From Nitrospirota bacterium (GTDB lineage: Bacteria; Nitrospirota; UBA9217): a stretch of 64,000 nucleotides of DNA. Where the stretch lies: assembly GCA_963663225.1 (NCBI GenBank), contig OY760142.1, forward strand, positions 1,088,001-1,152,000, written 5' to 3'. The notes under the pieces were generated by a model, which ran no database searches, was not told where the DNA came from, and saw nothing but the letters and a program-made list of their open reading frames with translations. Shown piece by piece: positions 8,141 to 18,053 of the stretch; positions within the stretch are counted from its first letter, which is position 1, and each line of letters opens with the position of its first letter. Both the position numbers and the translations under genes were made by a program.

Positions 8141-9031
8141 ATGGATTTAAACGATCTGAACCTGAATCAACTGAGGATTTTTCACACGGTGGCACGGTTG
8201 CTGAGTTTTACCGGCGCATCCAGGGAACTGCATCTTACGCAGCCGGGAATCAGCATGCACATCAAAGAACTCGAAAAGCATTATAAAACAAGACTGTTTG
8301 ACAGACTTGGCAAAAAAATCGTTCTTACGCAGGCAGGGACAATTCTGTTCAAGGCAACGGAAAATATCCTCGGCCTGGTAAACGACGCAAAAATTAAAAT
8401 AGATGATTTGCAGGGCCTTACCAGCGGCACCCTGAACATCGGCGCAAGCACCACTATCGGCACCTACATTCTTCCCGAACTGCTCGTAAAATTCAGGCAC
8501 GCGCATCCCAATATTGAAATAGCAATGGACATATCGTTGAGCCAGGAAGTCGTTGAGAAGGTGCTGAACAACACCATTGAAATCGGTTTTGTCGGTCATT
8601 GCACGCGGGAAAAAAAACTGCTGGTAAAACCCTTTGCAAAAGACCCGATGGTCTTGATCGTCGCGGCCAAGCATCCGTGGGCGGGACGCAGGCAGCCGGT
8701 GCGCCTCCAGGATCTTTCCGACCAGCCCATTCTTCTGGCACGGCGGGGATCAGGGACACGGGCCATCATGGAGCGTTTGTTTGCCAGACAGAAAATTTCC
8801 CCGAAAAACTGTATGGAATTAGGCACGGTGGAAGGCGTCAAGAAAGCGGTCGAAATTGACTTGGGAATCTCCATCATTTCGAAGTATGTCGTGGCACGGG
8901 AGCTGGCCGCGGGATTGATCAAAACAGTCGCCATGAGCGGCGTCGACCTCAACCGCGACCTGTATCTGCTGTACCATAAGGACCGGTATTTGTCCGGCGC
9001 AGCCAGGGCTTTTCTTGCCCTGCTGCCGTAA
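8141..9031 (+). CDS. LysR family transcriptional regulator (CysL/YeiE-like)
   Basis: HTH SFTGASRELHLTQPGIS; IGASTTIGTYILP; RRGSGTR. Confidence 0.93.
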   Translation: MDLNDLNLNQLRIFHTVARLLSFTGASRELHLTQPGISMHIKELEKHYKTRLFDRLGKKIVLTQAGTILFKATENILGLVNDAKIKIDDLQGLTSGTLNIGASTTIGTYILPELLVKFRHAHPNIEIAMDISLSQEVVEKVLNNTIEIGFVGHCTREKKLLVKPFAKDPMVLIVAAKHPWAGRRQPVRLQDLSDQPILLARRGSGTRAIMERLFARQKISPKNCMELGTVEGVKKAVEIDLGISIISKYVVARELAAGLIKTVAMSGVDLNRDLYLLYHKDRYLSGAARAFLALLP

Positions 9032-9051
9032 TCGGCGATAAGGAGCGCGTC

Positions 9052-10293
9052 ATGTTTCTTCAGGGACTTTTCGGCATCGTACTCTTTCTCGCCATTGCCT
9101 GGCTCATCAGTGAAAACAGGAGAGAAGTAAAATTCAAAATTATTCTCAGCGGTGTCATTCTTCAATTCGCCATTGCCGTCATTCTCCTTTTTGTTCCCTT
9201 TTTCAGAAGCATCTTTCTTTTGCTGAATAATGTGGTCCTGGCCCTCGAGGCTGCAACAAAGGCAGGAACGTCCTTTGTGTTCGGATACATCGGTGGAGGC
9301 GCCCCACCGTTTCTGCTCCAGGAACCCGGCGCGAATTTCATCCTGGCGTTTCAAGCCCTTCCGCTTGTTCTCGTTATCGGAGCTCTTTCCGCGCTGCTCT
9401 TTTACTGGCGCGTTCTGCCGCATATCGTGAAAGGCTTTTCTTTCGTGCTCCAGAAAACCATGAACATCGGCGGCGCGCTCGGCCTTGGCGCATCGACCAC
9501 GATTTTTCTCGGCATGGTGGAATCACCGCTTCTGATAAAGCCATATCTTTCGAAAATGACCCGGAGTGAACTCTTCTCGCTCATGACCGTGGGCATGGCC
9601 TGCATTGCCGGAACGGTAATGATTCTGTACGCAACGTTTTTGAACGGCGTGATCCCCGATCCGCTCGGCCATATTCTGGTTGCGTCCTTTATTCACGTTG
9701 CCGCCGCCATTACCATCGCAAGGATCATGGTTCCCGAGACGGAGGAAGAAACATCAGGTAACATTGTCCCCCGGCATACTGCGACGGGTTCCATGGACGC
9801 CATTGTGAAGGGAACCATGGATGGTCTTCATCTGCTCCTGAACATCGTGGCAATGCTGCTGGTCATGGTTTCGCTCGTCTATCTTGCGAACCAGCTGATC
9901 GGACTTCTTCCGGACGTGAATGGACAGCCGCTGACCCTCCAACGCATCCTCGGCTGGATCATGGCTCCCATCGTGTGGCTCTTCGGCATTCCCTGGCAAC
10001 AGGCCCAGACGGCAGGACATCTCATGGGCACAAAAACCATTTTGAATGAACTGCTCGCATTCCTCGACCTTGCAAAGCTTCCGGCTGATGCGCTCGATGC
10101 ACGCAGCAGACTCATCATGACATACGCACTCTCCAGCTTTGCAAATTTTGGAAGCCTGGGCATTCTTATCGGCGGGCTCGGCACTCTTGCGCCTGAGCGG
10201 AGGGATGAAGTGGTGGGCCTCGGCATCAGAGCCATTGTTGCAGGCACTCTTGCCACCTGCATGACCGGAGCGGTCATCGGTATTCTTGTCTAA
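9052..10293 (+). CDS. CNT-family nucleoside:cation symporter (NupC-like)
   Basis: AWLISENR, FVFG, GTKTILNE and YALSSFANFGS motifs. Confidence 0.9.
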   Translation: MFLQGLFGIVLFLAIAWLISENRREVKFKIILSGVILQFAIAVILLFVPFFRSIFLLLNNVVLALEAATKAGTSFVFGYIGGGAPPFLLQEPGANFILAFQALPLVLVIGALSALLFYWRVLPHIVKGFSFVLQKTMNIGGALGLGASTTIFLGMVESPLLIKPYLSKMTRSELFSLMTVGMACIAGTVMILYATFLNGVIPDPLGHILVASFIHVAAAITIARIMVPETEEETSGNIVPRHTATGSMDAIVKGTMDGLHLLLNIVAMLLVMVSLVYLANQLIGLLPDVNGQPLTLQRILGWIMAPIVWLFGIPWQQAQTAGHLMGTKTILNELLAFLDLAKLPADALDARSRLIMTYALSSFANFGSLGILIGGLGTLAPERRDEVVGLGIRAIVAGTLATCMTGAVIGILV

Positions 10294-10350
10294 AGAAAAC
10301 GACTCCGCACCTCATATAAACGCAGTAAACGAGAGCAACAGCTGTGACAG

Positions 10351-10375
10351 AAAAAAAGCCCCCTTTCCGGGGCTT
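10351..10375 (-). terminator. Rho-independent terminator
   Basis: AAGCCCC/GGGGCTT stem with a T-run on the minus strand. Confidence 0.65.
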
Positions 10376-10402
10376 GAATAGGATGAACCGGCTGTAAAAC
10401 CG

Positions 10403-10954
10403 CTACTTCCCTGCCATGATTTTTTTATAGCAGGACGTATTCCGGATGTTGTTAAGGTCCGGATCCGCTTTGATGTCCTCCCATTTGTTAAAACCGGCGT
10501 CAAGAGACTGCTGAAGCCATTTGCATGCTTCGGTGGAATTGTTCTTAATTGAATACAGACAGGCCAGATTATAGTATGGACTGTCGTACTTTGGATTTAA
10601 TTTGATTGCCTTCTTGTAATCCGCGATGGCCTGGTCGTATTGTTTTTTTCTCGCGTAGGCGTTACCGCGATTATCGTAGCACATGTAATAGGTGGGGTTC
10701 AGCTTGGCTGTTTTATTATAGTCGGCGATAGCCTGATCGTATTTCCCTTTTGCCAGGTAAGCATTTCCCCGGTTATAGTAGGATATGGATATATCTTTGA
10801 CTTTATCAACGCCATTAATCTGCTGCGTGCAGGCTTTGATTTGCCTGTCATATTCTTGTTTATTGCCGTACTCAGAGCACCAGTCCGTAGCAAAAGCGGT
10901 GGAAGTAAAAAAAATCATAAAAATTACACTTGCCAGCATTCGCATGCTTTTCAT
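10403..10954 (-). CDS. Exported TPR-repeat protein
   Basis: Signal peptide ending in AFA; repeated YYNRGNAY...YDQAIADY; YYNLACLYS capping repeat. Confidence 0.88.
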   Translation of the reverse strand: MKSMRMLASVIFMIFFTSTAFATDWCSEYGNKQEYDRQIKACTQQINGVDKVKDISISYYNRGNAYLAKGKYDQAIADYNKTAKLNPTYYMCYDNRGNAYARKKQYDQAIADYKKAIKLNPKYDSPYYNLACLYSIKNNSTEACKWLQQSLDAGFNKWEDIKADPDLNNIRNTSCYKKIMAGK

Positions 10955-11036
10955 GGTATCTCTCTTTAGCGAAAAAGCTTTGTTTACCTGGTTTACATTT
11001 TTTAACATTGGGTCTTTAATCTCTCTCGCACGCAAT

Positions 11037-12146
11037 TTACCGTGCAGGCGTCAGTTGCTCCCAATGCAGATTGGAGCCGACATTCGGATTATCGCTTGCC
11101 TTGTCCGAGACATAATATTCGCCAAGATTGTTGGACCACGCATGGCCGTAACCGGAAGGCAGTTCCACTTCCTTGCCCGCGCGGGAATCATAGTAGCGAT
11201 CGACACCTCTGATCTGGTCGCTGGTATTTTGTGAAATTTTGTCCTGCACCTGCTGCCGCTGTTCCCAGACGCGCATCTGGTCTTCTCTCATCTGGCTGCC
11301 CGCTTTCGCAATGATGTCCCCCATGCGGCCGATTGCCTTAATTTCCTTGATGCTCTTTTGAGCCAGCATTTCTTTCACGTTCACTACTTTTGCGTACCAT
11401 TTGGGATTGATTTTCAATGAAAAAAGCATCGTTTGGAACGTCTTTGCCCGGGAATCGAGCTTTCCCTTTTCTGCACGGAATGAAAAAACGTAATCAATGT
11501 ACCAGTAGTTTATAAAATACCGGGGTTCCGGATATATGACAAACTGGCTGACGGCCGCGTACAACTCTTCTTCCATGCGTTTGCCCCGTTCCTGATATCC
11601 GATTCTGACTTTGCCGCCCTGAGCAGATGATTTCAGTCCCTGGACTGAATTGCCGGCAGCCAGTCTGGAGAGCTCCGGAATATTCTTTTCTTTCAGGATG
11701 ACCAGACCGCTTACATTCTTTCTTGCCTTCGGAATAAGCACCTGGGTGAATGCTGCATGCAGGTCGATCGGCTTTGCCACCAGGGAATTGAAACGCAAAG
11801 AGCCGGGCGGATTTGTCCTGAGAAACAGCTGGTTGTTGGTCCAAAAATAGGAGCGGGTCGGGAAAAGATTCATTTCTTCCGGTCCGGACGGGTTGTAAAA
11901 TCGGAACCGGGACTGGGCCGGCAGTGCTGGATTTTTAGACCAGGTTATTGCTCCTTCCACCCGCCATCCTTTGGGAACAAGCAGCCGGAAAGCCTCCATG
12001 CCTGTCATGGGGTCCGTATATTTATACGTCACGAATCTTTCCAGCGCAAGCGCGTCTTGCTGGTTAGAGAGCATGACGACATTTGCAAAAACCAGGAAGC
12101 CGAAAACAGCAAAAAAGCGCAGTACCCTGCGGGAAAAAATCATCAT
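11037..12146 (-). CDS. Exported conserved hypothetical protein
   Basis: Signal peptide; LVPKGW; coiled-coil region; GGAGG RBS. Confidence 0.75.
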   Translation of the reverse strand: MMIFSRRVLRFFAVFGFLVFANVVMLSNQQDALALERFVTYKYTDPMTGMEAFRLLVPKGWRVEGAITWSKNPALPAQSRFRFYNPSGPEEMNLFPTRSYFWTNNQLFLRTNPPGSLRFNSLVAKPIDLHAAFTQVLIPKARKNVSGLVILKEKNIPELSRLAAGNSVQGLKSSAQGGKVRIGYQERGKRMEEELYAAVSQFVIYPEPRYFINYWYIDYVFSFRAEKGKLDSRAKTFQTMLFSLKINPKWYAKVVNVKEMLAQKSIKEIKAIGRMGDIIAKAGSQMREDQMRVWEQRQQVQDKISQNTSDQIRGVDRYYDSRAGKEVELPSGYGHAWSNNLGEYYVSDKASDNPNVGSNLHWEQLTPAR

Positions 12147-12277
12147 GAATTGCCTCCCCTGGACAAGCTTGTTATGAACAGTATTGTTATGAGCCGAGAG
12201 TCGCGTTTGTTTGAGAAGCAGGTTTTTCTGAAATCCGGCAAATGGTATTATATTCCTTATGGCGAGTCAAAAACGCT

Positions 12278-13057
12278 TTATGATACCGTAAAAACGTCCG
12301 TGGCCTGATACCGGTCCGCAACATAAAGGGGTATGTTGCCGGCCAGGACTTCATGGTGGGTCCGCAGGGCGATATCGGGGTGGTTGTTCTGCTCGGAAAG
12401 ATGCGCCAGGCATGCCCACTGCAGGCGCTGCGCCTTAACTGCGCGACGCAGAATTTCAGCGGCGTCTCTGTTGGAAAGATGTCCGCGGGGCCCTTCGATA
12501 CGCCGCTTCAGATAGGCAGGATAGGGTCCTGCCGCAAGCATGGCAGGATCGTAATTGCTCTCGAGAAAAACCGCATCCAGCGATGAGACAAGGCTGATAA
12601 GGTCTTTAAAAATATGTCCCAGATCAGTCAGGACACCTAACCGCTTTGCACCCGATTCAATGATGAACACCGAGCCGTCCGCGCCGTCGTGCGGCGTGGG
12701 AATGGCGTGCACCTGAACATTGCCGAATCTGAGCTTGTCGTTCGACCGAAAATGCCGCACGTCGTTCAATTTCCCAAGGTTGCAGCGCGAGGAAGCTGCA
12801 GCAAGCGTAGCCGGTGTTGCATAAAGGGGCAGGCCATATTTCCGCTGATACACGCCTGCGTGCCGGATGTGGTCGCCGTGGTCGTGTGAAATAATAACAG
12901 CATCCACTTCACGGATGTTTTGCCCGTGCGCCGCGAGCCGCTCTTCAGCCTGCACCCCGGTGATCCCTGCGTCGAACAGCAGCTTCACACCGTCCGCCTC
13001 GACAAAGATGCAGTTTCCGTTGCTGCCTGACTGAAGGGAAATGGCAATCATTTTCAT
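12278..13057 (-). CDS. MBL-fold metallo-hydrolase (YycJ/WalJ-like)
   Basis: SGSNGN, SHDHGDH, TDLG, ESNYD, GHLSN and HLSEQNN motifs. Confidence 0.92.
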   Translation of the reverse strand: MKMIAISLQSGSNGNCIFVEADGVKLLFDAGITGVQAEERLAAHGQNIREVDAVIISHDHGDHIRHAGVYQRKYGLPLYATPATLAAASSRCNLGKLNDVRHFRSNDKLRFGNVQVHAIPTPHDGADGSVFIIESGAKRLGVLTDLGHIFKDLISLVSSLDAVFLESNYDPAMLAAGPYPAYLKRRIEGPRGHLSNRDAAEILRRAVKAQRLQWACLAHLSEQNNHPDIALRTHHEVLAGNIPLYVADRYQATDVFTVS

Positions 13058-13210
13058 ACCGGGCGTACTGTAACAGCCATTGCTGCATATGTCAACCGCG
13101 AAATCATCACTTGACGAGTGTGGTCCTCTCGTTGCAGGACATTGTGCGATGCAGAAAAATATTCTTGAGGATGCTTAAGCCATCCCTTATAATAGGCATG
13201 GTGTACAATC

Positions 13211-13939
13211 ATGCTGCAACTTGATTCGATCAGCATCGTCCTCGTGGACACAAAAACATCCGACAACATCGGTGCAGCGGCACGATGCATGATGAACATG
13301 GGTCTCGTGCGCCTTGCGCTGGTCCGGCCGCCTGCGGATTTTTTGCAGAAAGCCTCAAAACTTGCAGCCGGGTCGGACACCATTCTGGAACAGGCAAAGA
13401 TTTTTTCTTCGCTTAAGGATGCGGTGGCGGATTGCGGTCTGGTGCTCGGCACATCGCGCCATAAAGGCCGTTTAAGAAAAAATATTCTCGCACCGCAGGA
13501 TGCCGCACGGGAAGTCATTTCAATCCTGTCCCCTAACAGGGCCGCTGTGGTCTTCGGAAATGAAGTAAACGGTCTGACCCGCGAGGACATTGCCTGCTGC
13601 CATGAATTGATATCCATTCCTTCAACGGACAGATTTCCTTCGCTCAACCTTTCGCACGCGGTCATGATCATTGCGTATGAATTGTTTCGGGCCGCGCAAG
13701 AACTGCACCCGCTCTCAACCCCCGAACTTGCGACATCCGAAGCGACCGACGCATTCTATCTTCAGCTGCAGAAAACTCTTCTGGACGTCGGCTTTCTCGA
13801 GCGCGACCACCCGGAGAGAATGATGCTTACGATACGGCAGATATTCGGGAGAGCGCGGCTGAGCAAACGCGACGTCTCCGTTCTGAGAGGCATTCTTACG
13901 GCTGTAGACCGGGTTGTACGACCGGCAAAATTAAAGTAG
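13211..13939 (+). CDS. SPOUT tRNA methyltransferase, TrmJ/LasT family
   Basis: NIGAAARCMMNMG, VFGNEVNGL and SLNLSHAV motifs. Confidence 0.9.
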   Translation: MLQLDSISIVLVDTKTSDNIGAAARCMMNMGLVRLALVRPPADFLQKASKLAAGSDTILEQAKIFSSLKDAVADCGLVLGTSRHKGRLRKNILAPQDAAREVISILSPNRAAVVFGNEVNGLTREDIACCHELISIPSTDRFPSLNLSHAVMIIAYELFRAAQELHPLSTPELATSEATDAFYLQLQKTLLDVGFLERDHPERMMLTIRQIFGRARLSKRDVSVLRGILTAVDRVVRPAKLK

Positions 13940-13994
13940 CATGCAGTCAAGGCGTGGCAGGTCTTGCTCAAACGCAGCTTTCAGGAGGGACGGT

Positions 13995-14495
13995 ATGAAA
14001 AGAATGTATCTGTTTTTTGTGTTTGCTTTTCTTCTCGGGGGAATTGAGATGCTCTACTTCTATCCGCTGCTTCCCGACCGCATGGCGGTCCATTTCAACG
14101 CTGACGGAGCGGCGGACGGCTGGGGTCCGAAAAGTCATTTTTTTATGACCATGGAAACGGTTTATGCCGTCCTGCTCATTCTTTTCGGCGCCCTGCCGCT
14201 GCTTCTCCGGCGGCTGCCTGAGTCCCTGATGAATCTGCCGAACAAGAATTACTGGCTCGCGCCGGAACGCAAAGCGCAGACCATGGACCGCTTGATGGGC
14301 CAGCTCCTGTTCGTTGGGGCCATGGCCCTGCTTCTGATGGACTGCGTGCTCTTCCTGAGTCTGAAGGCAAATTTTTCCACTCGACCCTTCCTGCGGCCGG
14401 AGTTGCTATGGGGCATCATTGCTGTTTTTTTTACGGCCAGTATTGCCTGGACTGTTTTTTTGATACGAAGTTTCCGGCTGCCGAAAGAACCCTGA
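13995..14495 (+). CDS. DUF1648 (SdpI-like) membrane protein
   Basis: LPDRMAVHFNADGAADGW; NLPNKNYW; four TM helices; AGGAGG RBS. Confidence 0.85.
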   Translation: MKRMYLFFVFAFLLGGIEMLYFYPLLPDRMAVHFNADGAADGWGPKSHFFMTMETVYAVLLILFGALPLLLRRLPESLMNLPNKNYWLAPERKAQTMDRLMGQLLFVGAMALLLMDCVLFLSLKANFSTRPFLRPELLWGIIAVFFTASIAWTVFLIRSFRLPKEP

Positions 14496-14498
14496 TTC

Positions 14499-14527
14499 TC
14501 AGGCATCGCTGATTTGCTGATGCCTGA
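14499..14527. terminator. Hairpin between convergent genes
   Basis: TCAGGCATC/GATGCCTGA inverted repeat. Confidence 0.5.
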
Positions 14528-14532
14528 CGCTC

Positions 14533-15759
14533 CTAATCCGCCTGCCGCCGTAAAAACGTCGGTTTGTCCAGGTCCTCACCGTCGATGCCGAGCGTTTCAT
14601 TTTTAAAATCGAATGACTCCTGTTTGCGCTTCGGCTTGTCAACGACCTTCATGAATTCCTTGAGGCTTACCGGCCGTTTTACGCGCTCCCGGATGCCTTC
14701 CTCGTCAAAGCCGGTCGCTATCACGGTGACCATGACTTCCTCGCTCATCACCGGATTAATCACCGCCCCGAAAATGATGTTCGCGCCGGGATCAACCTCA
14801 TCCTTGATGATGGCGGAAGCTTCATTCAGTTCATAAATCCCCATGTCGTTTCCACCCGTGATATTGATCAGCACCGCGCGGGCTCCTTTGATGGAGCCGT
14901 CCTCCAGCAAGGGGCTGGCAATCGCCTTTTGCGCCGCGTCCATGGCTCTGGTTTCTCCCCTGCCGATGCCGGTGCCCATCACGGACCTGCCCCGGTTGGA
15001 CATCACGGTTTTGACGTCCGCAAAATCCACGTTCACATATCCCGGCACCATCACCACGTCGGAAATTCCTTTGACCGCCTGGCCGAGCACGTCATCGGCA
15101 AGCTTGAAGGAGTCGAGCAGCGTCGTCCTTTTTTCCGCGAGATTCAGAAGGCGTTCATTCGGGATCACAATAAGAGCGTCCACATTCTTTTTCAATTCCG
15201 CAATGCCCTCTTCCGCCTTGTGCATCCGCGTTATCCCTTCGAAGCTGAAGGGCTTCGTGACAATGCCCACGGTAAGGGCGCCTGCTTCGCGCGCGAGGCT
15301 CGCAATAATGGGAGCGGCCCCGGTGCCCGTGCCGCCGCCCATGCCCGCAGTTATAAAAACCATGTCCGCGCCGCTGACGGCGGACGTGATTTTGTCCGCG
15401 TCTTCGAGCGCAGCAGACCGTCCGATTTCAGGGTTGGCTCCGGCCCCCCGGCCGCACGTAAGCCTCGACCCGATCTGCAGCTTGATCGGCGCACGTGTAA
15501 GTTCGAGCGCCTGCATATCGGTGTTCGCTATGATGAACTGCACCCCCTTGATGTTCGACTGAATCATGCTGTTCACGGCGTTGCTTCCCCCGCCTCCGAC
15601 ACCGATCACTTTAATGACCGCAGGCAGTTTCTCTTCTTCGAACTGAAACATCCCCTTTGCCCTCCCTTCTTCGCGTGCCCCGCTTTCTTGAGTACCTGTA
15701 TCGGAACTTTTTACAAAATCCATGATATCCTGGAACTTCATCTCTAGATTGTCGTCCAT
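14533..15759 (-). CDS. ftsZ: Cell division protein FtsZ (alternative start at 15651)
   Basis: GGGTGTG tubulin signature; C-terminal LDKPTFLRRQAD. Confidence 0.98.
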   Translation of the reverse strand: MDDNLEMKFQDIMDFVKSSDTGTQESGAREEGRAKGMFQFEEEKLPAVIKVIGVGGGGSNAVNSMIQSNIKGVQFIIANTDMQALELTRAPIKLQIGSRLTCGRGAGANPEIGRSAALEDADKITSAVSGADMVFITAGMGGGTGTGAAPIIASLAREAGALTVGIVTKPFSFEGITRMHKAEEGIAELKKNVDALIVIPNERLLNLAEKRTTLLDSFKLADDVLGQAVKGISDVVMVPGYVNVDFADVKTVMSNRGRSVMGTGIGRGETRAMDAAQKAIASPLLEDGSIKGARAVLINITGGNDMGIYELNEASAIIKDEVDPGANIIFGAVINPVMSEEVMVTVIATGFDEEGIRERVKRPVSLKEFMKVVDKPKRKQESFDFKNETLGIDGEDLDKPTFLRRQAD

Positions 15760-15790
15760 GAATTTTTCCTTTCATTCCGCAATTCCGGGT

Positions 15791-17011
15791 TCAGATGTAT
15801 TCCCCCAGCCACTTCCAGAATTTATTCAATGGTCCGCCGCTTTTAAATGTACGCGGTGTTTCTTCCGTGTTTTCCGCGCCCCACAGAACAAGACCAACGC
15901 CCGTGGCATAGATGGGGCTGTTCACCACGTCCATCAACCCTCCTATGTTTCTCGGGGTGCCCCGTCTGATGGGAAGGCCGAGATACCGCTCGGCAGCGTC
16001 CTGCGCTCCCTCCATAAGAGCCGTCCCGCCCGTAAGCACGACACCCGACGCGAACATGTCTTCGAACCCGGTCTTTTTCAGCCGTTGCTGTACCATGCCG
16101 AAAAGCTCCTCAACGCGCGGCTCAATAATTTCACACAGGATCTGGCGCGAAAGGAGACGGGGAGGCCTGCCTCCCACGCTCGGGACGTCCAGCGTCTCTT
16201 CATGTTTCACCAGCGAGGAGAGCGCACACCCATACTTGACTTTTATTTTTTCCGCTTCTGATGCCGGCGTTCGCAGGCCGATTGCAATGTCGTTCGTCAG
16301 ATGGTTGCCGCCGATGGGCAATACCTCCGTATGCCAGAGGCTGCCTTCCAGGAAAAAGGCCACGTCCGTTGTCCCGCCGCCGATGTCCACAACCACCACG
16401 CCCAGTTCCTGTTCTTCGGCTGTCAGCACTGCCTTGCTCGATGCGAGCGGCTGCAGCACCAGGTCATTCACGGTCAATCCGGCACGCGAGCAGCTTTTAA
16501 TGATGTTCTGTATGGCGGTCACTGCACCGGTGATGATATGGACCTTCACGTCAAGCCTCGTTCCCGACATGCCGAGGGGCTCCTTGATGCCGTCCTGGTC
16601 ATCAATGATGAATTCCTGCGGAAGCACATGCAGAATTTGCTGGTCCATGGGGATGTTTACGGCACGGGCCCCGTCGATGGCACGGGCCACATCAGTCGGC
16701 CCCACCTCTTTGTTCTTGATGGCGGCCACGCCCCGCGAATTAATGCCCTTAATATGACCGCCTGAAATGCCGACAAAAACCGAGTTGATCTCGACGCCCG
16801 CCATAAGCTCGGCCTCGTGCACCGCCTTTTTGATTGATTCGACCGTGCTGTCGATGTTCACCACCACGCCCTTTTTGAGGCCGTGTGAAGGGCTGATGCC
16901 GATCCCGATGATGTCGACCTGCCCGCCGTCTTTTACCATTCCCACAATGGCGCAGACTTTCGTTGTTCCCAGATCCAGGCCCACAATCACATTGTCCATT
17001 TTTTTTGCCAC
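15791..17011 (-). CDS. ftsA: Cell division protein FtsA
   Basis: GLDLGTTKV, DIGGGTTD and C-terminal amphipathic helix. Confidence 0.97.
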   Translation of the reverse strand: MAKKMDNVIVGLDLGTTKVCAIVGMVKDGGQVDIIGIGISPSHGLKKGVVVNIDSTVESIKKAVHEAELMAGVEINSVFVGISGGHIKGINSRGVAAIKNKEVGPTDVARAIDGARAVNIPMDQQILHVLPQEFIIDDQDGIKEPLGMSGTRLDVKVHIITGAVTAIQNIIKSCSRAGLTVNDLVLQPLASSKAVLTAEEQELGVVVVDIGGGTTDVAFFLEGSLWHTEVLPIGGNHLTNDIAIGLRTPASEAEKIKVKYGCALSSLVKHEETLDVPSVGGRPPRLLSRQILCEIIEPRVEELFGMVQQRLKKTGFEDMFASGVVLTGGTALMEGAQDAAERYLGLPIRRGTPRNIGGLMDVVNSPIYATGVGLVLWGAENTEETPRTFKSGGPLNKFWKWLGEYI

Positions 17012-17086
17012 AACACACCCCCGTTAGGAAACCTCTTCCGGCAAAGAGAGCCGGACTGAGAATGGCTCTTCACCCCGCGCTTCGTT

Positions 17087-17983
17087 TTAACTCTTTTTTC
17101 CCCTGCTTTTTACCGTTTTGCTCTTGCTGGATGCGTTTTTCGACAGTACCGCGACCTGCCGGTCGGAGCGAAGATCAACGTAGGCGACCTGCAGGTCGCG
17201 CTGCTTTACGTCCGCCATCACCTCCGACAGCCTGCGGAGTTTTTCCGCGTACCGGGTGCTGCCGATTTTGAATTCATGGTCGGCGTATACAATAGCAAGC
17301 GACTCGGGTGTATTTGCTCTGATATACACATCTTCAAGGCGCCAGCCGCCGTGTCCCGCAATCTCCGATAAAAGCTTTAATGCTTCTCCCAATGCTTCGG
17401 CAGACGCCTGTTCTCCGAATCGCACCCGGCAGTCCCTGATCGCGATAGTGGGGAGCGGCCAAGCTCCTGCCGTTTCCTTTGCATATCGTTCAATGACAAC
17501 TCCCTCGCTGTCTATCAAAAACCGTCCCGCAACGGTTTCCAGAAACGCGTGTGGCGTCCGTTCAGTAACAACCATGCTGACCCTATTCGGCAAACTGCGG
17601 CTGATGCTGACGGATTTAATCCAGGGGTTTGCCTGCGCCCGTCTGACAGCGGCATCAAGGTCCACCCGGAAAATATTTTCTCCGGTAAATGCTCCGGCGA
17701 TTTTTTTCAGTTCGCCTTCGTCGAGCTGTTTTACACCTCTGACGTCCACACCGGCTATCTGGAACAGCTCTGCACGCATGACGGTCCGATATGCCTGCCA
17801 GCCCAGCCAGCTTCCCGCCGCGATGACCACTGCTGCAAGAAGCGCAACCATGACGGTTTTGATTTGGCCGGTCGCAACCCCCTGGCGCGGAGCGGCACGC
17901 CGCACCACAGCGCGTTTTACCGTCACACGATTTCTTGCTGAGCGGTCTCTCCGAGGGACCTTTACGTTTTTATAATCCCGCAT
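17087..17983 (-). CDS. ftsQ: Cell division protein FtsQ/DivIB
   Basis: Single TM, POTRA domain (NPWIKSVSISRSLPN), YVDLR; position in dcw cluster. Confidence 0.88.
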   Translation of the reverse strand: MRDYKNVKVPRRDRSARNRVTVKRAVVRRAAPRQGVATGQIKTVMVALLAAVVIAAGSWLGWQAYRTVMRAELFQIAGVDVRGVKQLDEGELKKIAGAFTGENIFRVDLDAAVRRAQANPWIKSVSISRSLPNRVSMVVTERTPHAFLETVAGRFLIDSEGVVIERYAKETAGAWPLPTIAIRDCRVRFGEQASAEALGEALKLLSEIAGHGGWRLEDVYIRANTPESLAIVYADHEFKIGSTRYAEKLRRLSEVMADVKQRDLQVAYVDLRSDRQVAVLSKNASSKSKTVKSRGKKS

Positions 17984-18053
17984 GTTCCCTTTCGGATGTT
18001 GGAATCAGGGTAACCGATACCGGTCCTCCCCGGGTCTTCAATACGGAGTGCGA

